Source: an uncultured Oscillospiraceae bacterium (GTDB lineage: Bacteria > Bacillota > Clostridia > Oscillospirales > Oscillospiraceae). From it: DNA of 62,453 nt. The stretch covers positions 1 to 62,453 of the forward strand of contig CALXGE010000001.1 in the NCBI GenBank assembly GCA_944387775.1, given 5' to 3'. This document shows, piece by piece, positions 1-9,520 of this stretch (position 1 is the first letter of the stretch; each line of letters begins with the position of its first letter). The position numbers were made by a program, and so were the translations under genes. The notes below the pieces were generated by a model. That model saw nothing but the letters and a program-made list of their open reading frames with translations, searched no databases and had not been told where the DNA came from.

Positions 1-68
<68 letters not shown>

Positions 69-208
69 ATATTTTGTAGCGTTCGCAGCTCACCGCCGGA
101 ACATACAAGACTATACCATGGGAGATGGCAATTGTCAACACTTTTTTCTTTCTTTTTCAAAAAATAAAAAAATAGAAGAAAAATGACGGAAACAGGTAGA
201 GACTATTA

Positions 209-904
209 TTATTTTAAAATAAAATCGGAAGCTTTTGGGAGGAATTTGCCGGCTTCACTTAAAAAGAGAGCGTTTGCTGCAGGGAGCAGATCGTCCCATA
301 GCACTCCCTGGGGGAGTCTGGCGAAGGTCAGAGTCTCGCCGGTGGCGGGATGTCGGAAGGAGAGACGGAAACTCCACAGGGCCAGTTCCCCTGGCCCGCC
401 ACCGTACTTCCGGTCGCCCACAAGAGGAGTCCTCCGGCTGGCGAACTGCACACGGATCTGGTGGGTACGGCCGGTGTGCAGGGCAACCAGCACCAGGGCT
501 CGCTGACCTTCGCTGTCTATGACACGGTAGGAGAGGGAGGCTTCCTTTACGCCGCTGCGCTTGCGCTGGACGACAAAGGTCTTGTTGCGGGTTTTGTCGT
601 GAAAGAGAAGGTCTGTATAGGTCCCTTCCGGCTGGGCGGGAATGCCTTGTGTAAGGCAGAGATATCGTTTTTCCCACTCATGGCGCTGGATGGCGGCGGA
701 GAGAGCGGCAGCGGCCTTCTGATTCTTGGCGTAGACCATCACGCCGCCGGCCTCCCGGTCCAGACGATGGACGGGATAGATTTCGCAGCGGCACTGGGTG
801 CGGAGCAGGGAGGGAAGATCACCCTCCGGTCCATCCTGAGAGAGAAGACCCGATGGTTTGAGACAGACCAAAAGGTCTCTGTCCTCGTATAAAAGTGGAA
901 TCAT
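209..904 (-). CDS. RluA-family pseudouridine synthase
   Basis: 231 aa. It carries the HRLDREAGGVMVYAKN catalytic-Asp motif and a HTGRTHQIRVQF motif typical of the RluA/RluD family. Confidence 0.85.
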   Translation of the reverse strand: MIPLLYEDRDLLVCLKPSGLLSQDGPEGDLPSLLRTQCRCEIYPVHRLDREAGGVMVYAKNQKAAAALSAAIQRHEWEKRYLCLTQGIPAQPEGTYTDLLFHDKTRNKTFVVQRKRSGVKEASLSYRVIDSEGQRALVLVALHTGRTHQIRVQFASRRTPLVGDRKYGGGPGELALWSFRLSFRHPATGETLTFARLPQGVLWDDLLPAANALFLSEAGKFLPKASDFILK

Positions 905-1038
905 AGGGGCACACCTACCATAATAAAAGTGACAGTCAGAGATTTCGATACGAATTTACCACAAAATACTTGCAATTACAACCGGAATACGATAAAATGG
1001 CCGATGGGTAAATTCATTCCAACAGGAGGATATAGTAT

Positions 1039-1608
1039 ATGGCAACGATTACTGCCGGCGATTTCCGCAACGGCAAGACCTTTGAGATGGACGGCAAGGT
1101 GATGCAGGTCATCGAGTTCCAGCATGTCAAGCCCGGCAAGGGCGCGGCTTTCGTCCGCACCAAGATGAAGAACGTGGTCACCGGCGCTGTGACGGAGACT
1201 TCCTTCAACCCCACTGCCAAGTTCGAGGAAGCTTTCATCGAGCGCAAGGATATGGAATACAGCTATAACGACGGCGATCTCTACTACTTCATGGATCAGG
1301 AGACCTACGATATGGTCCCCCTGAACAAGGACCTGCTGGGCGACGCCTTCCGCTTTGTCAAGGAGAATACGGTCTGCAAGATCCTCTCCTACAAGGGCAA
1401 CGTGTTCGGCATTGAGTGCCCCAACTTCATGGATCTGGTAGTCACTGAGACGGAGCCCGGCTTTGCCGGCAACACCGCTACCAACGTCACCAAGCCCGCC
1501 ATTCTGGAGACTGGTGCGGAGATCAAGGTGCCTTTGTTCATCGACATCGGCGACAAGATCACCATCGACACCCGTACCGGCGAGTATCTGTCCCGCTGCA
1601 AGAACTGA
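1039..1608 (+). CDS. efp: Elongation factor P
   Basis: 189 aa. The N-terminus [38 protein letters not shown] is the canonical EF-P KPGKG loop. An RBS aggagga lies upstream. Confidence 0.95.
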   Translation: MATITAGDFRNGKTFEMDGKVMQVIEFQHVKPGKGAAFVRTKMKNVVTGAVTETSFNPTAKFEEAFIERKDMEYSYNDGDLYYFMDQETYDMVPLNKDLLGDAFRFVKENTVCKILSYKGNVFGIECPNFMDLVVTETEPGFAGNTATNVTKPAILETGAEIKVPLFIDIGDKITIDTRTGEYLSRCKN

Positions 1609-1705
1609 TCGTGACTTCCGGCTGTTGGCCAGCCGGCTCATGACCCCGTGTTGTGCACTATGGGGAGAGTCCCGAGAGACATGACGCTTTGAAAGGAGAA
1701 TAGCT

Positions 1706-2131
1706 ATGGAAATTCTGGAAAAGGTCGCGTATATGAAGGGCTTGGCAGAGGGCCTGGGTCTGGATACCAAGTCGAAAGAGGGCCGGCTCCTCACCGTAAT
1801 GATCGATATTCTGGACGATATCGCTCTGGAGCTCCAGGACATCCGGGAGGATCAGAGTGAGATGGAGGAGTGCCTGGACGCCGTCAGCGACGACCTCAGC
1901 GACGTGGAGAGCTACATCTACGAGATGGATGGCGAGTACGAGGATGAGGATGACGAGGACGAAGACGAGGACGAGGAGGTCTATGAGACCACCTGCCCCA
2001 ACTGCGAGGAGGAGATCTTCTTCGACGAGACCATCCTGGCCGACGGCTGTGTAGAGTGCCCCAACTGCGGCGAGAAGCTGGAGTTTGACCTGGACGACGA
2101 GGTCGAGGAAGAGAACGACGAGGAGGAGTAA
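1706..2131 (+). CDS. Acidic zinc-ribbon protein of unknown function
   Basis: 141 aa with a long D/E-rich tract and CPNC...CPNC cysteine pairs (a zinc ribbon). An RBS aaggaga precedes it and a strong terminator follows. Confidence 0.6.
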   Translation: MEILEKVAYMKGLAEGLGLDTKSKEGRLLTVMIDILDDIALELQDIREDQSEMEECLDAVSDDLSDVESYIYEMDGEYEDEDDEDEDEDEEVYETTCPNCEEEIFFDETILADGCVECPNCGEKLEFDLDDEVEEENDEEE

Positions 2132-2159
2132 TCTTCCCGCTTCCCAAAACAGCATAATG

Positions 2160-2200
2160 ATGCCCCGGCGCGGATCATCCGCGCCGGGGCATTTGTTTTA
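2160..2200 (+). terminator. Rho-independent terminator
   Basis: A perfect GC-rich hairpin ATGCCCCGGCGCGGAT/ATCCGCGCCGGGGCAT is followed by TTGTTTTA. Confidence 0.65.
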
Positions 2201-2382
2201 TAACAGGGTGGTTATCATTATTGTTTTGCACATTAAAGCAACAGCGAAACAGTGTACGAATGTGTAAAAACTCTAAACCACTAAGCCGGGAAAGAAGTTT
2301 CTGATTTTCACAAAATAAGTTGAATAGGAGGGGGATATATTATAGGATAGTAATAAATTAGCAATAGATGGAGGAGAATGGC

Positions 2383-3948
2383 ATGAACGGACCCAAGGCG
2401 ATTCGGAAGGTGATTCTGACAGGACAGAGCCTGTCTCTGGAGGAGTTTGTGGCGGTAGCACGGTTTGGTGCCTCCGTGGAACTGGCCCCCCAGGCGAGAG
2501 AGGCCATGGAGCGCTCACGGGCACTGGCAGAGAAGATCGCCGATGAGAAGCGGGCGGCCTACGGCATCACCACCGGATTTGGTGACTTTGCTTCAGTAGC
2601 AGTGCCGGAGGAGTTGAGCAACAAACTCTCCACGAATCTGATTCTCAGCCACTGCACCGGTACCGGAGAGCCCTACCGTGAGGAGCAGGTCCGGGGTATG
2701 ATGCTCCTGCGGGCCAACGCCCTGTGTGTGGGTATCAGCGGTGTGCGGCCGGTACTGGTGGAAATGCTCATCGAGATGCTCAACAAGGGCGTGACCCCCG
2801 TCATCCCCCAGAAGGGCTCTCTGGGGGCCTCCGGGGACCTGGCCCCCCTCTCCCATATGGGGCTGGTGCTGCTAGGCAGGGGAGAGGCGGTCTACCAGGG
2901 CAGAAAACTGCCCGGCGGGGAGGCCATGGCCCTGGCGGGGATCCCGGCGCTGGATACCCTGGTGTGTAAGGAGGGCCTGGGCATCACCAACGGTACCTGT
3001 GCCATGACCAGTGTAGGAGCTCTGAACCTCTACGACACATTCCAGGCAGCCCAGCTGGCGGACCTCATCAGCTCCCTGACCCTGACGGCGCTGACGGGGC
3101 AGCTGAGCGCCTTCCAGGAGCGGATGCACACCGCCCGGGGCCACATCGGCCAGATCCAGGTGGCGAAGAATCTCCGGCTCCTCACCGACGGCTGCGAGAT
3201 CCTGGAGCGGTGCCAGGGGGCACGGATCCAGGACGCCTACGCTCTGCGCTGTATCCCTCAGGTCCACGGTGCTGTCCGGGATGCTTTGGCATTCATTAAG
3301 AGCAAGGTGGACATCGAGCTCAACGCGGTGACGGACAACCCCCTGCTGTTCTGCGAGGATGAGGCGGTGATCTCCGGCGGCAACTTCCATGGAGAACCTA
3401 TGGCCTTGCCCTTCGACTTTCTGGGCATTGCCTGCTCAGAGATGGCCAGCATCTCTGAGCGGCGCATCGAGCGTATGGTCAACGGCGCCCTCTCCAACGG
3501 CCTCACCCGCTTTCTTACCACTGACGGCGGCATCAACAGTGGCTTTATGATCGTGCAGTATTCCGCCGCCTCCATGGCTTCGGAGAACAAGGTGCTGGCC
3601 CATCCCGCTTGTGTGGATTCCATCCCCTCCTCCGCCAACCAGGAGGACTTTGTCTCCATGGGCACCACTGCTGCCCGGAAAGCGGGCACCATCCTGGAGA
3701 ATACCCTGTCGGTGCTGGCTTTCGAGCTGCTCACCGCCTGCCAGGCCATTGATATCCGGAGGAGGTTTGGCATCTACGGCGTGGGGCTCTCTCCGGTGGG
3801 CGAAGCGGTGTTTGCCCATGTCCGGGAAAAGGTCGCCTTTATGGAGGAGGACCGGGAGATGTGGCCGGATATCCAGGCGGTGGAGGCCATGGTCCGCAGC
3901 GGTGAGCTGCTGGAACTGGCCCGTGAGATCGTGCCGGACTTCCAGTAA
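2383..3948 (+). CDS. hutH: Histidine ammonia-lyase
   Basis: It has the GSLGASGDLAPLSH motif (the MIO-forming Ala-Ser-Gly). The start is placed at MNGPK, 6 nt after ggaggag; the ORF track begins 5 codons earlier. Confidence 0.9.
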   Translation: MNGPKAIRKVILTGQSLSLEEFVAVARFGASVELAPQAREAMERSRALAEKIADEKRAAYGITTGFGDFASVAVPEELSNKLSTNLILSHCTGTGEPYREEQVRGMMLLRANALCVGISGVRPVLVEMLIEMLNKGVTPVIPQKGSLGASGDLAPLSHMGLVLLGRGEAVYQGRKLPGGEAMALAGIPALDTLVCKEGLGITNGTCAMTSVGALNLYDTFQAAQLADLISSLTLTALTGQLSAFQERMHTARGHIGQIQVAKNLRLLTDGCEILERCQGARIQDAYALRCIPQVHGAVRDALAFIKSKVDIELNAVTDNPLLFCEDEAVISGGNFHGEPMALPFDFLGIACSEMASISERRIERMVNGALSNGLTRFLTTDGGINSGFMIVQYSAASMASENKVLAHPACVDSIPSSANQEDFVSMGTTAARKAGTILENTLSVLAFELLTACQAIDIRRRFGIYGVGLSPVGEAVFAHVREKVAFMEEDREMWPDIQAVEAMVRSGELLELAREIVPDFQ

Positions 3949-3957
3949 GCACAGAAA

Positions 3958-3982
3958 GCCCCGGAGCGGGGCGCTCCGGGGC
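3958..3982. terminator. Hairpin between convergent hutH and the yerC-like gene
   Basis: GCCCCGGAGCG-GGG-CGCTCCGGGGC stem-loop. No clear U-tract is present. Confidence 0.4.
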
Positions 3983-3987
3983 GGATG

Positions 3988-4311
3988 TCATTCTTCTATT
4001 TTCTGAGGGCTCTGGCTGTCTGACAGCAGGCGGCTGAGTACCGAACGGTATCCGCCGGAGCCATACTGCAGCTCCGTGCTGATGCGGGTGATGGTGGCGC
4101 TGCTGACGGAGGCCTGGCTGCGGATCTTTTCGTAGGTCTCCCCGGCCAGGAGGAGTTTGGCCACCTGGAGCCGCTGGGAGAGCAGCACCAACTCCTGCAT
4201 GGTGCACAGGTCGCTGAAAAAGGCGCGGCATTCCTCCGTGTCCTGCAGGGACAAAATGGCCTGAAACAGTTGCTCGATATTCTCATTCGGATTACGGAAT
4301 ATGTGATTCAT
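3988..4311 (-). CDS. YerC/YecD-family TrpR-like protein
   Basis: About 107 aa. The sequence ...CTMQELVLLSQRLQVAKLLLAGETYEKIRSQASVSSATITRIS... is the TrpR-like HTH signature of YerC/YecD. The start is at MNHIF, preceded by gaggag. Confidence 0.75.
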   Translation of the reverse strand: MNHIFRNPNENIEQLFQAILSLQDTEECRAFFSDLCTMQELVLLSQRLQVAKLLLAGETYEKIRSQASVSSATITRISTELQYGSGGYRSVLSRLLSDSQSPQKIEE

Positions 4312-4414
4312 AGCGCTACTCCTCTGCTGAAGATAGCAACAGTGTAGCATCGAAAAGCGAACGCGTCAACTTGCTTCATAATAAAAGTAATGGGAACCGG
4401 AAAGGAGATCAACC

Positions 4415-6427
4415 ATGGACGAATATACTACCGGCGCAATGACCATCAGACTGGATGACGAGCTGCCCGCATACCCCGCCTTTGTCCCGGGCTGCCGCCG
4501 GGCCCCCAGGCGGGAATCCGCGCTGTCCCAGGCGGACAAGGAGCTGGCCATCATGAATGCCCTGCGATATATCCCGCCCCAGCACCATGAGCAGATGGCA
4601 AAGGAGTTTGCCCAGGAGCTGGAGGAGCACGGCCGCATCTACGGCTACCGGTTCCGCCCGGATGGCCGCCTGTATGGCAAGCCTATCGACGAGTATAAGG
4701 GCAACTGTGTGGAGGCCAAGGCCTTCCAGGTGATGATCGACAACAACCTGGACTTCGATGTGGCCCTCTATCCCTACGAGCTGGTGACCTACGGAGAGAC
4801 GGGCCAGGTATGCCAGAACTGGATGCAGTACCGCCTCATCAAAAAGTACCTGGAAGTGATGACCGACGAGCAAACCCTGGTGGTCATGTCCGGCCACCCC
4901 CTGGGGCTGTTCCACAGCCATAAGCTGGCTCCCCGCTGTGTCATCACCAACGGCCTCATGGTGGGCGCCTTTGACGACCAGAAGAACTTCAACCGGGCCG
5001 CCGCTCTGGGTGTGGCCAACTACGGCCAGATGACCGCCGGCGGCTGGATGTACATCGGGCCTCAGGGCATCGTCCACGGCACCTTCAACACCCTTCTCAA
5101 TGCCGGGAGACTGAAGCTGGGCATTCCCTCCGACGGGAATCTGGCGGGGCGGCTGTTCGTCTCCGCGGGTCTGGGCGGCATGAGCGGCGCCCAGGGCAAG
5201 GCGGCGGAGATTGCCGGGGCGGTGGCCATCATCGCGGAGGTGGACGACTCCCGCATAGACACCCGCTACACCCAGGGCTGGGTCAGTGAGCGCACAGACA
5301 GCCTCTCCGAGGCTGTAGCCATGGCCCAGGCGAAGATGGCGGCCAAGGAACCCTGTGCCATCGCCTACCACGGTAATGTGGTGGATCTGTTGGAGTATCT
5401 CTACGACCATGATATCCATGTGGATCTCCTCAGCGACCAGACCAGCTGCCATGTGCCCTACGACGGCGGCTACTGCCCCCAGGGCCTGACTTTCGAGCAG
5501 CGTACGGAGATGCTGGACAAGGACCCGGAGGGCTTCCGGGTACTGGTGGACAAGAGCCTTCGCCACCACTATGAGATGATCTGTAAGCTCCACGACAGGG
5601 GCACCTACTTCTTCGACTACGGCAACAGCTTCCTCAAGGCGGTCTGCGACGCCGGAGTCACCTCTATCTGCCGGAACGGGGAAAACGACCTGGACGGCTT
5701 TGTGTTCCCCTCCTATGTGGAGGATATCCTGGGTCCCTGCCTGTTTGATTTCGGCTATGGTCCCTTCCGCTGGTGCTGCCTGAGCCGGAACCCTGAGGAC
5801 TTGGACAAGACCGACGCAGCGGCGGCGGAGTATATCCTGGCCCACAACCGCCGCTACCAGGACTACGACAACTATGTCTGGGTCCGGGACGCCAAGAAGA
5901 ACAAGCTGGTGGTGGGTACCCAGTGCCGCATCCTTTACCAGGATGCCATGGGCCGTATGAACATCGCCCTGAAGTTTAATGAGATGGTCCGCAACGGTGA
6001 GATCGGCCCCGTCATGCTGGGCCGTGACCACCACGACACCGGCGGTACCGATTCCCCCTTCCGGGAGACCAGCAATATCAAGGACGGCTCCAACATCATG
6101 GCAGATATGGCCACCCAGTGCTACGCCGGCAACGCAGCCCGGGGCATGAGCCTCATTGCCCTCCACAACGGCGGCGGTACCGGCGTGGGGAAAGCCATCA
6201 ACGGCGGCTTCGGCATGGTGCTGGACGGCTCCGAGCGGGTAGATACCATCCTCCGTATGGCCATGCCCTGGGATACCATGGTGGGTGTCTCCCGTCGGGC
6301 CTGGGCCAGAAATGAGAACGCCCTCGCCACCGCTGCGGAGTACAATAGGCTCTACGCCGGTCAGGACCATATCACCTTGCCCTACCTGGCCGATCCTGCC
6401 GTTGTTACCAAGGCGCTGAAGGGCTGA
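4415..6427 (+). CDS. hutU: Urocanate hydratase
   Basis: 670 aa, of the long clostridial type. It shows urocanase-family blocks GGMSGAQ and HNGGGTGVG, and it sits in a hut context. Confidence 0.93.
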   Translation: MDEYTTGAMTIRLDDELPAYPAFVPGCRRAPRRESALSQADKELAIMNALRYIPPQHHEQMAKEFAQELEEHGRIYGYRFRPDGRLYGKPIDEYKGNCVEAKAFQVMIDNNLDFDVALYPYELVTYGETGQVCQNWMQYRLIKKYLEVMTDEQTLVVMSGHPLGLFHSHKLAPRCVITNGLMVGAFDDQKNFNRAAALGVANYGQMTAGGWMYIGPQGIVHGTFNTLLNAGRLKLGIPSDGNLAGRLFVSAGLGGMSGAQGKAAEIAGAVAIIAEVDDSRIDTRYTQGWVSERTDSLSEAVAMAQAKMAAKEPCAIAYHGNVVDLLEYLYDHDIHVDLLSDQTSCHVPYDGGYCPQGLTFEQRTEMLDKDPEGFRVLVDKSLRHHYEMICKLHDRGTYFFDYGNSFLKAVCDAGVTSICRNGENDLDGFVFPSYVEDILGPCLFDFGYGPFRWCCLSRNPEDLDKTDAAAAEYILAHNRRYQDYDNYVWVRDAKKNKLVVGTQCRILYQDAMGRMNIALKFNEMVRNGEIGPVMLGRDHHDTGGTDSPFRETSNIKDGSNIMADMATQCYAGNAARGMSLIALHNGGGTGVGKAINGGFGMVLDGSERVDTILRMAMPWDTMVGVSRRAWARNENALATAAEYNRLYAGQDHITLPYLADPAVVTKALKG

Positions 6428-6435
6428 GGTATCCA

Positions 6436-6459
6436 TTCTTTTTCTTGAAAGAAAAAGAA
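6436..6459. repeat. 24-bp perfect AT-rich palindrome in the hutU-hutI spacer
   Basis: TTCTTTTTCTT-GA-AAGAAAAAGAA, read directly from the sequence. Confidence 0.8.
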
Positions 6460-6568
6460 CCAAAAAGAACTTTTGCGCGAAACTTCGTTTCGCTATAGCC
6501 GCAGTTTGTGTAAGATCAAGATCAAAATATAAGCAAAACATAGTTTTGCGCGAAAAGTTTTCTTTTGA

Positions 6569-6594
6569 TACTTTTCTTTTTTAAAAGAAAAGTA
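6569..6594. repeat. 26-bp perfect AT-rich palindrome abutting the hutI RBS
   Basis: TACTTTTCTTTT-TT-AAAAGAAAAGTA, read directly. It resembles the palindrome at 6436. Confidence 0.8.
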
Positions 6595-6613
6595 GGGAGG
6601 AAAGGAGTTTTTT

Positions 6614-7861
6614 ATGAGCGAGCTGTTGGTGGTGAACATCGGGACGCTGGCCACCCCGGTAGGGAAGAAGGCCAGAGGCGGCGTGGACCAGGGGGCGGTG
6701 CGCGTTCTCCATGATGCCTGGGTCCTGATTGAGGACGGTGTCATCACCGGCGTGGGCGAGGGTGCACCACCTTCCCATGCCGCAGCGCAGCGGATCGACG
6801 CCGGGGGACGGCTGGTGACCCCCGGACTGGTGGATGCCCATACCCATTTGATCTTCGGCGGCTGGCGCAACCACGAGATGGCCCTGAAGTTGCAGGGGGT
6901 TCCCTACCTGGACATTCTGGCCCAGGGAGGCGGCATCCTCTCCACCGTGGAGGCCACTCGCGCAGCCTCGGAGGAGGAGCTGGCGGCGAAGGCCCGGCTG
7001 GCCCTTGACGAGATGCTGGCTCTGGGCACCACCACCTGCGAGGCCAAGAGCGGCTACGGCCTGGACACCCGGCAGGAGCTCAAGCAGCTGCGGGCCATCC
7101 GGGATTTGCAGAAGAGTCACCCCATGGACATTGCCGCCACCTTTATGGGAGCCCACGCCCTGCCCGGGGAGTATAAAGAGAACCGGGAGGGGTACATTGA
7201 CCTTCTCTGCGAGGAGATGATTCCTGCCGTGGCAGCGGAGAAGCTGGCGGCGTTCTGCGACGTGTTCTGCGAGACGGGGGTGTTCACCGCCCAGGAGTCC
7301 CGCCGCATCCTGGAGACCGGGAAGCGGTACGGTCTCGTCCCCAAGATCCACGCCGACGAGATCGACCCCATCGGTGGTTCTCAGCTGGCGGGGGAGGTGG
7401 GGGCTATCTCCGCCGAGCACCTGATCGTCTGCCCTCCCGAAGGCATCGCCAGCATGGAAAAAGGCGGTACTGTGGCCTGCTTGCTGCCCGCTACCAGCCT
7501 CTATCTGGGGGCGACCTTTGCTCCTGCCCGGGACATGGTGTCCGCCGGCGTGCCGGTGGCTATGGCCAGCGATTTCAACCCCGGCTCCTGCCCCTGCCTC
7601 AACATGCAGCTGGTGATGAACCTGGGGTGCTTGCGCTACCGGCTGACCCCGGAGGAGGTCCTCACCGCCGTCACTTTGAACGGCGCCGCTGCCATCGCTA
7701 TGGCAGACAAGGTGGGCTCCGTGGAGGAGGGCAAGCAGGGGGATCTGGTGATCTGGGAGGCAGAGGACCTCAGCTACCTCTGCTACCGCATGGGCAGCAA
7801 TCTGGTCCGCACTGTGGTAAAGAGCGGGCAGACTTATTTCAATACGACACGGGCCAACTGA
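6614..7861 (+). CDS. hutI: Imidazolonepropionase
   Basis: 415 aa amidohydrolase with GLVDAHTHLIFGG (HxH) and KIHADE motifs. It sits in a hut context. Confidence 0.9.
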   Translation: MSELLVVNIGTLATPVGKKARGGVDQGAVRVLHDAWVLIEDGVITGVGEGAPPSHAAAQRIDAGGRLVTPGLVDAHTHLIFGGWRNHEMALKLQGVPYLDILAQGGGILSTVEATRAASEEELAAKARLALDEMLALGTTTCEAKSGYGLDTRQELKQLRAIRDLQKSHPMDIAATFMGAHALPGEYKENREGYIDLLCEEMIPAVAAEKLAAFCDVFCETGVFTAQESRRILETGKRYGLVPKIHADEIDPIGGSQLAGEVGAISAEHLIVCPPEGIASMEKGGTVACLLPATSLYLGATFAPARDMVSAGVPVAMASDFNPGSCPCLNMQLVMNLGCLRYRLTPEEVLTAVTLNGAAAIAMADKVGSVEEGKQGDLVIWEAEDLSYLCYRMGSNLVRTVVKSGQTYFNTTRAN

Positions 7862-7880
7862 GCCCGGAGAGGAGAACCAT

Positions 7881-8792
7881 ATGGCAAAACTGGTAGAGTG
7901 CATTCCCAATTTCAGCGTCAGCCGGGAGACGGACCCCGCTGTTTTCGAGGCATTGTCAGCTGCCGCCGCTGGTGTTCCCGGCTGCACGGTCCTGGACATC
8001 CAGAGCGACGGCGACCACAACCGCTGCGTATTCACCATGGTGGGCTCCCCCGGGGCCATTGAGGAGGCGGCCTTCCGCCTGACCCAGGTGGCCACGGAGC
8101 GCATCGACATGACCAAGCACAGGGGGCAGCACCCCCGGATGGGGGCCACCGACGTGATCCCCTTCGTGCCCACCATGGATATGACCGTGGAGGAGTGCGT
8201 GGCCCTCAGCAAACGGGTGGCCCAGCGGATCTGGGAGGAGCTGAAGGTGCCCTCCTTCCTCTATGAGGACTCCGCCTCCGCCCCTCATCGGGTGAATCTG
8301 GCCAGTGTGCGCAAGGGGCAGTTTGAGGGCATGCCGGAGAAGCTCCTCCAGCCGGAGTGGGCCCCGGACTACGGCGAGCGGAAGATCCACCCCACCGCCG
8401 GCATCATCGCCATCGGCGCCCGGATGCCGCTGATTGCCTACAATGTGAATCTGGATACCCCTGATCTGGAGATTGCCAGTAAGATCGCCAAGGCCATCCG
8501 GGGCGCCAACGGAGGCTTTAAGTACTGCAAGGCCATCGGCGTCATGCTGGAGGACCGGCAGATTGCCCAGGTGTCTATGAACCTGGTGAACTACGAGGGA
8601 ACACCCATCTACTATGTCTTTGAGATGATTCGGGCCCTGGCGGACCGCTACGGCGTACGGATTATCGGCAGCGAACTGGTGGGGCTGACTCCGGCCAAGG
8701 CGCTGTTGGACTGCGCGGAGTATTATTTGAAGATGGAGAACTTTGACTGCCACAAGCAGGTAATGGAGTACCATTTGGTTGGCATGGAATAA
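7881..8792 (+). CDS. ftcD: Glutamate formimidoyltransferase (FtcD transferase domain)
   Basis: 303 aa. The N-terminus MAKLVECIPNFSVSRE is the hallmark of formiminotransferases. Confidence 0.9.
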   Translation: MAKLVECIPNFSVSRETDPAVFEALSAAAAGVPGCTVLDIQSDGDHNRCVFTMVGSPGAIEEAAFRLTQVATERIDMTKHRGQHPRMGATDVIPFVPTMDMTVEECVALSKRVAQRIWEELKVPSFLYEDSASAPHRVNLASVRKGQFEGMPEKLLQPEWAPDYGERKIHPTAGIIAIGARMPLIAYNVNLDTPDLEIASKIAKAIRGANGGFKYCKAIGVMLEDRQIAQVSMNLVNYEGTPIYYVFEMIRALADRYGVRIIGSELVGLTPAKALLDCAEYYLKMENFDCHKQVMEYHLVGME

Positions 8793-8829
8793 GTCTGCCC
8801 GAAGCGATCATACCAGAGGAGGAGACGAT

Positions 8830-9465
8830 ATGAAGTTAGCCCAAATGTCCACGGAGGAGTTGACGAAGCTGCTGGCCTCCGACGCTCCGGCGCCGGGCGG
8901 CGGCTCTGCAGCTGCTCTGGAAGGAGCCCTGGGGGCGGCTCTCACCGCCATGGTCTGTGGCCTAACAGCGGAAAAGCCCCAGTATGCCGCTTACCGGGCG
9001 GAGATTCTGGCGGTACAGGCCCGGGCAGAGGCTCTGCGGGAGCAGTTTTTGACGCTGATGGATCGGGATACAGAGGCTTTCCTCCAGGTCAGCGATGCCT
9101 TTGCCATGCCTAAGGCTACAGACGAGGAAAAGGTCCAGCGTTCCGCGGCTATTCGGCAGGGATTGACAGCATGCACGGAGACGCCACTGGCGGTGATGGC
9201 GCTGGCGGCGGAGGGCTTGGAGCTGATCCAGTCCCTCCTGGGGCGGTACAACGAGAGTGCCGCCAGCGATTTGGGCGTGGCGGCGGTGTCCCTGGAAGCA
9301 TGTGCCAGGGGGGCCTGGCTGAACGTCCTTATCAATGTAGGGAGCCTGAAGGACCGGGAGAAAGCCCACGCTTTTCGGGAACAAGGAAAGGCACTACTGG
9401 AGCAGGCCCGGAACCTGGCGGCCTATGTGGAGAGAGAGCAGGCCACGTGCTGGGACATGGAATAA
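8830..9465 (+). CDS. Formiminotetrahydrofolate cyclodeaminase-family protein
   Basis: About 211 aa. The sequence ...LASDAPAPGGGSAAALEGALGAAL... is the cyclodeaminase/cyclohydrolase signature. The start is at MKLAQM, after agaggaggag. Confidence 0.8.
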   Translation: MKLAQMSTEELTKLLASDAPAPGGGSAAALEGALGAALTAMVCGLTAEKPQYAAYRAEILAVQARAEALREQFLTLMDRDTEAFLQVSDAFAMPKATDEEKVQRSAAIRQGLTACTETPLAVMALAAEGLELIQSLLGRYNESAASDLGVAAVSLEACARGAWLNVLINVGSLKDREKAHAFREQGKALLEQARNLAAYVEREQATCWDME

Positions 9466-9477
9466 AGCGATACAACG

Positions 9478-9518
9478 AACAAGGGGGACATCCATGGGAT
9501 GTCCCCCTTGTTGTTTTC
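9478..9518. terminator. Bidirectional terminator hairpin
   Basis: ACAAGGGGGACATCC-ATG-GGATGTCCCCCTTGT followed by TGTTTT. It lies between convergent genes. Confidence 0.65.
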
Positions 9519-9520
9519 GA

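Noticed and set aside
4409-6541. A 710-aa ORF antisense to hutU. Similar giant antisense ORFs occur at 6581..8212, 10594..13725 (1043 aa), 13709..15415, 19387..21243, 17879..18922 and 55998..57242.
   Set aside because: Each lies exactly opposite a gene with strong family motifs. Their translations are low-complexity and rich in G, A, R, P, H and V. None has an RBS. They are typical stop-codon-poor shadow frames of high-GC DNA.
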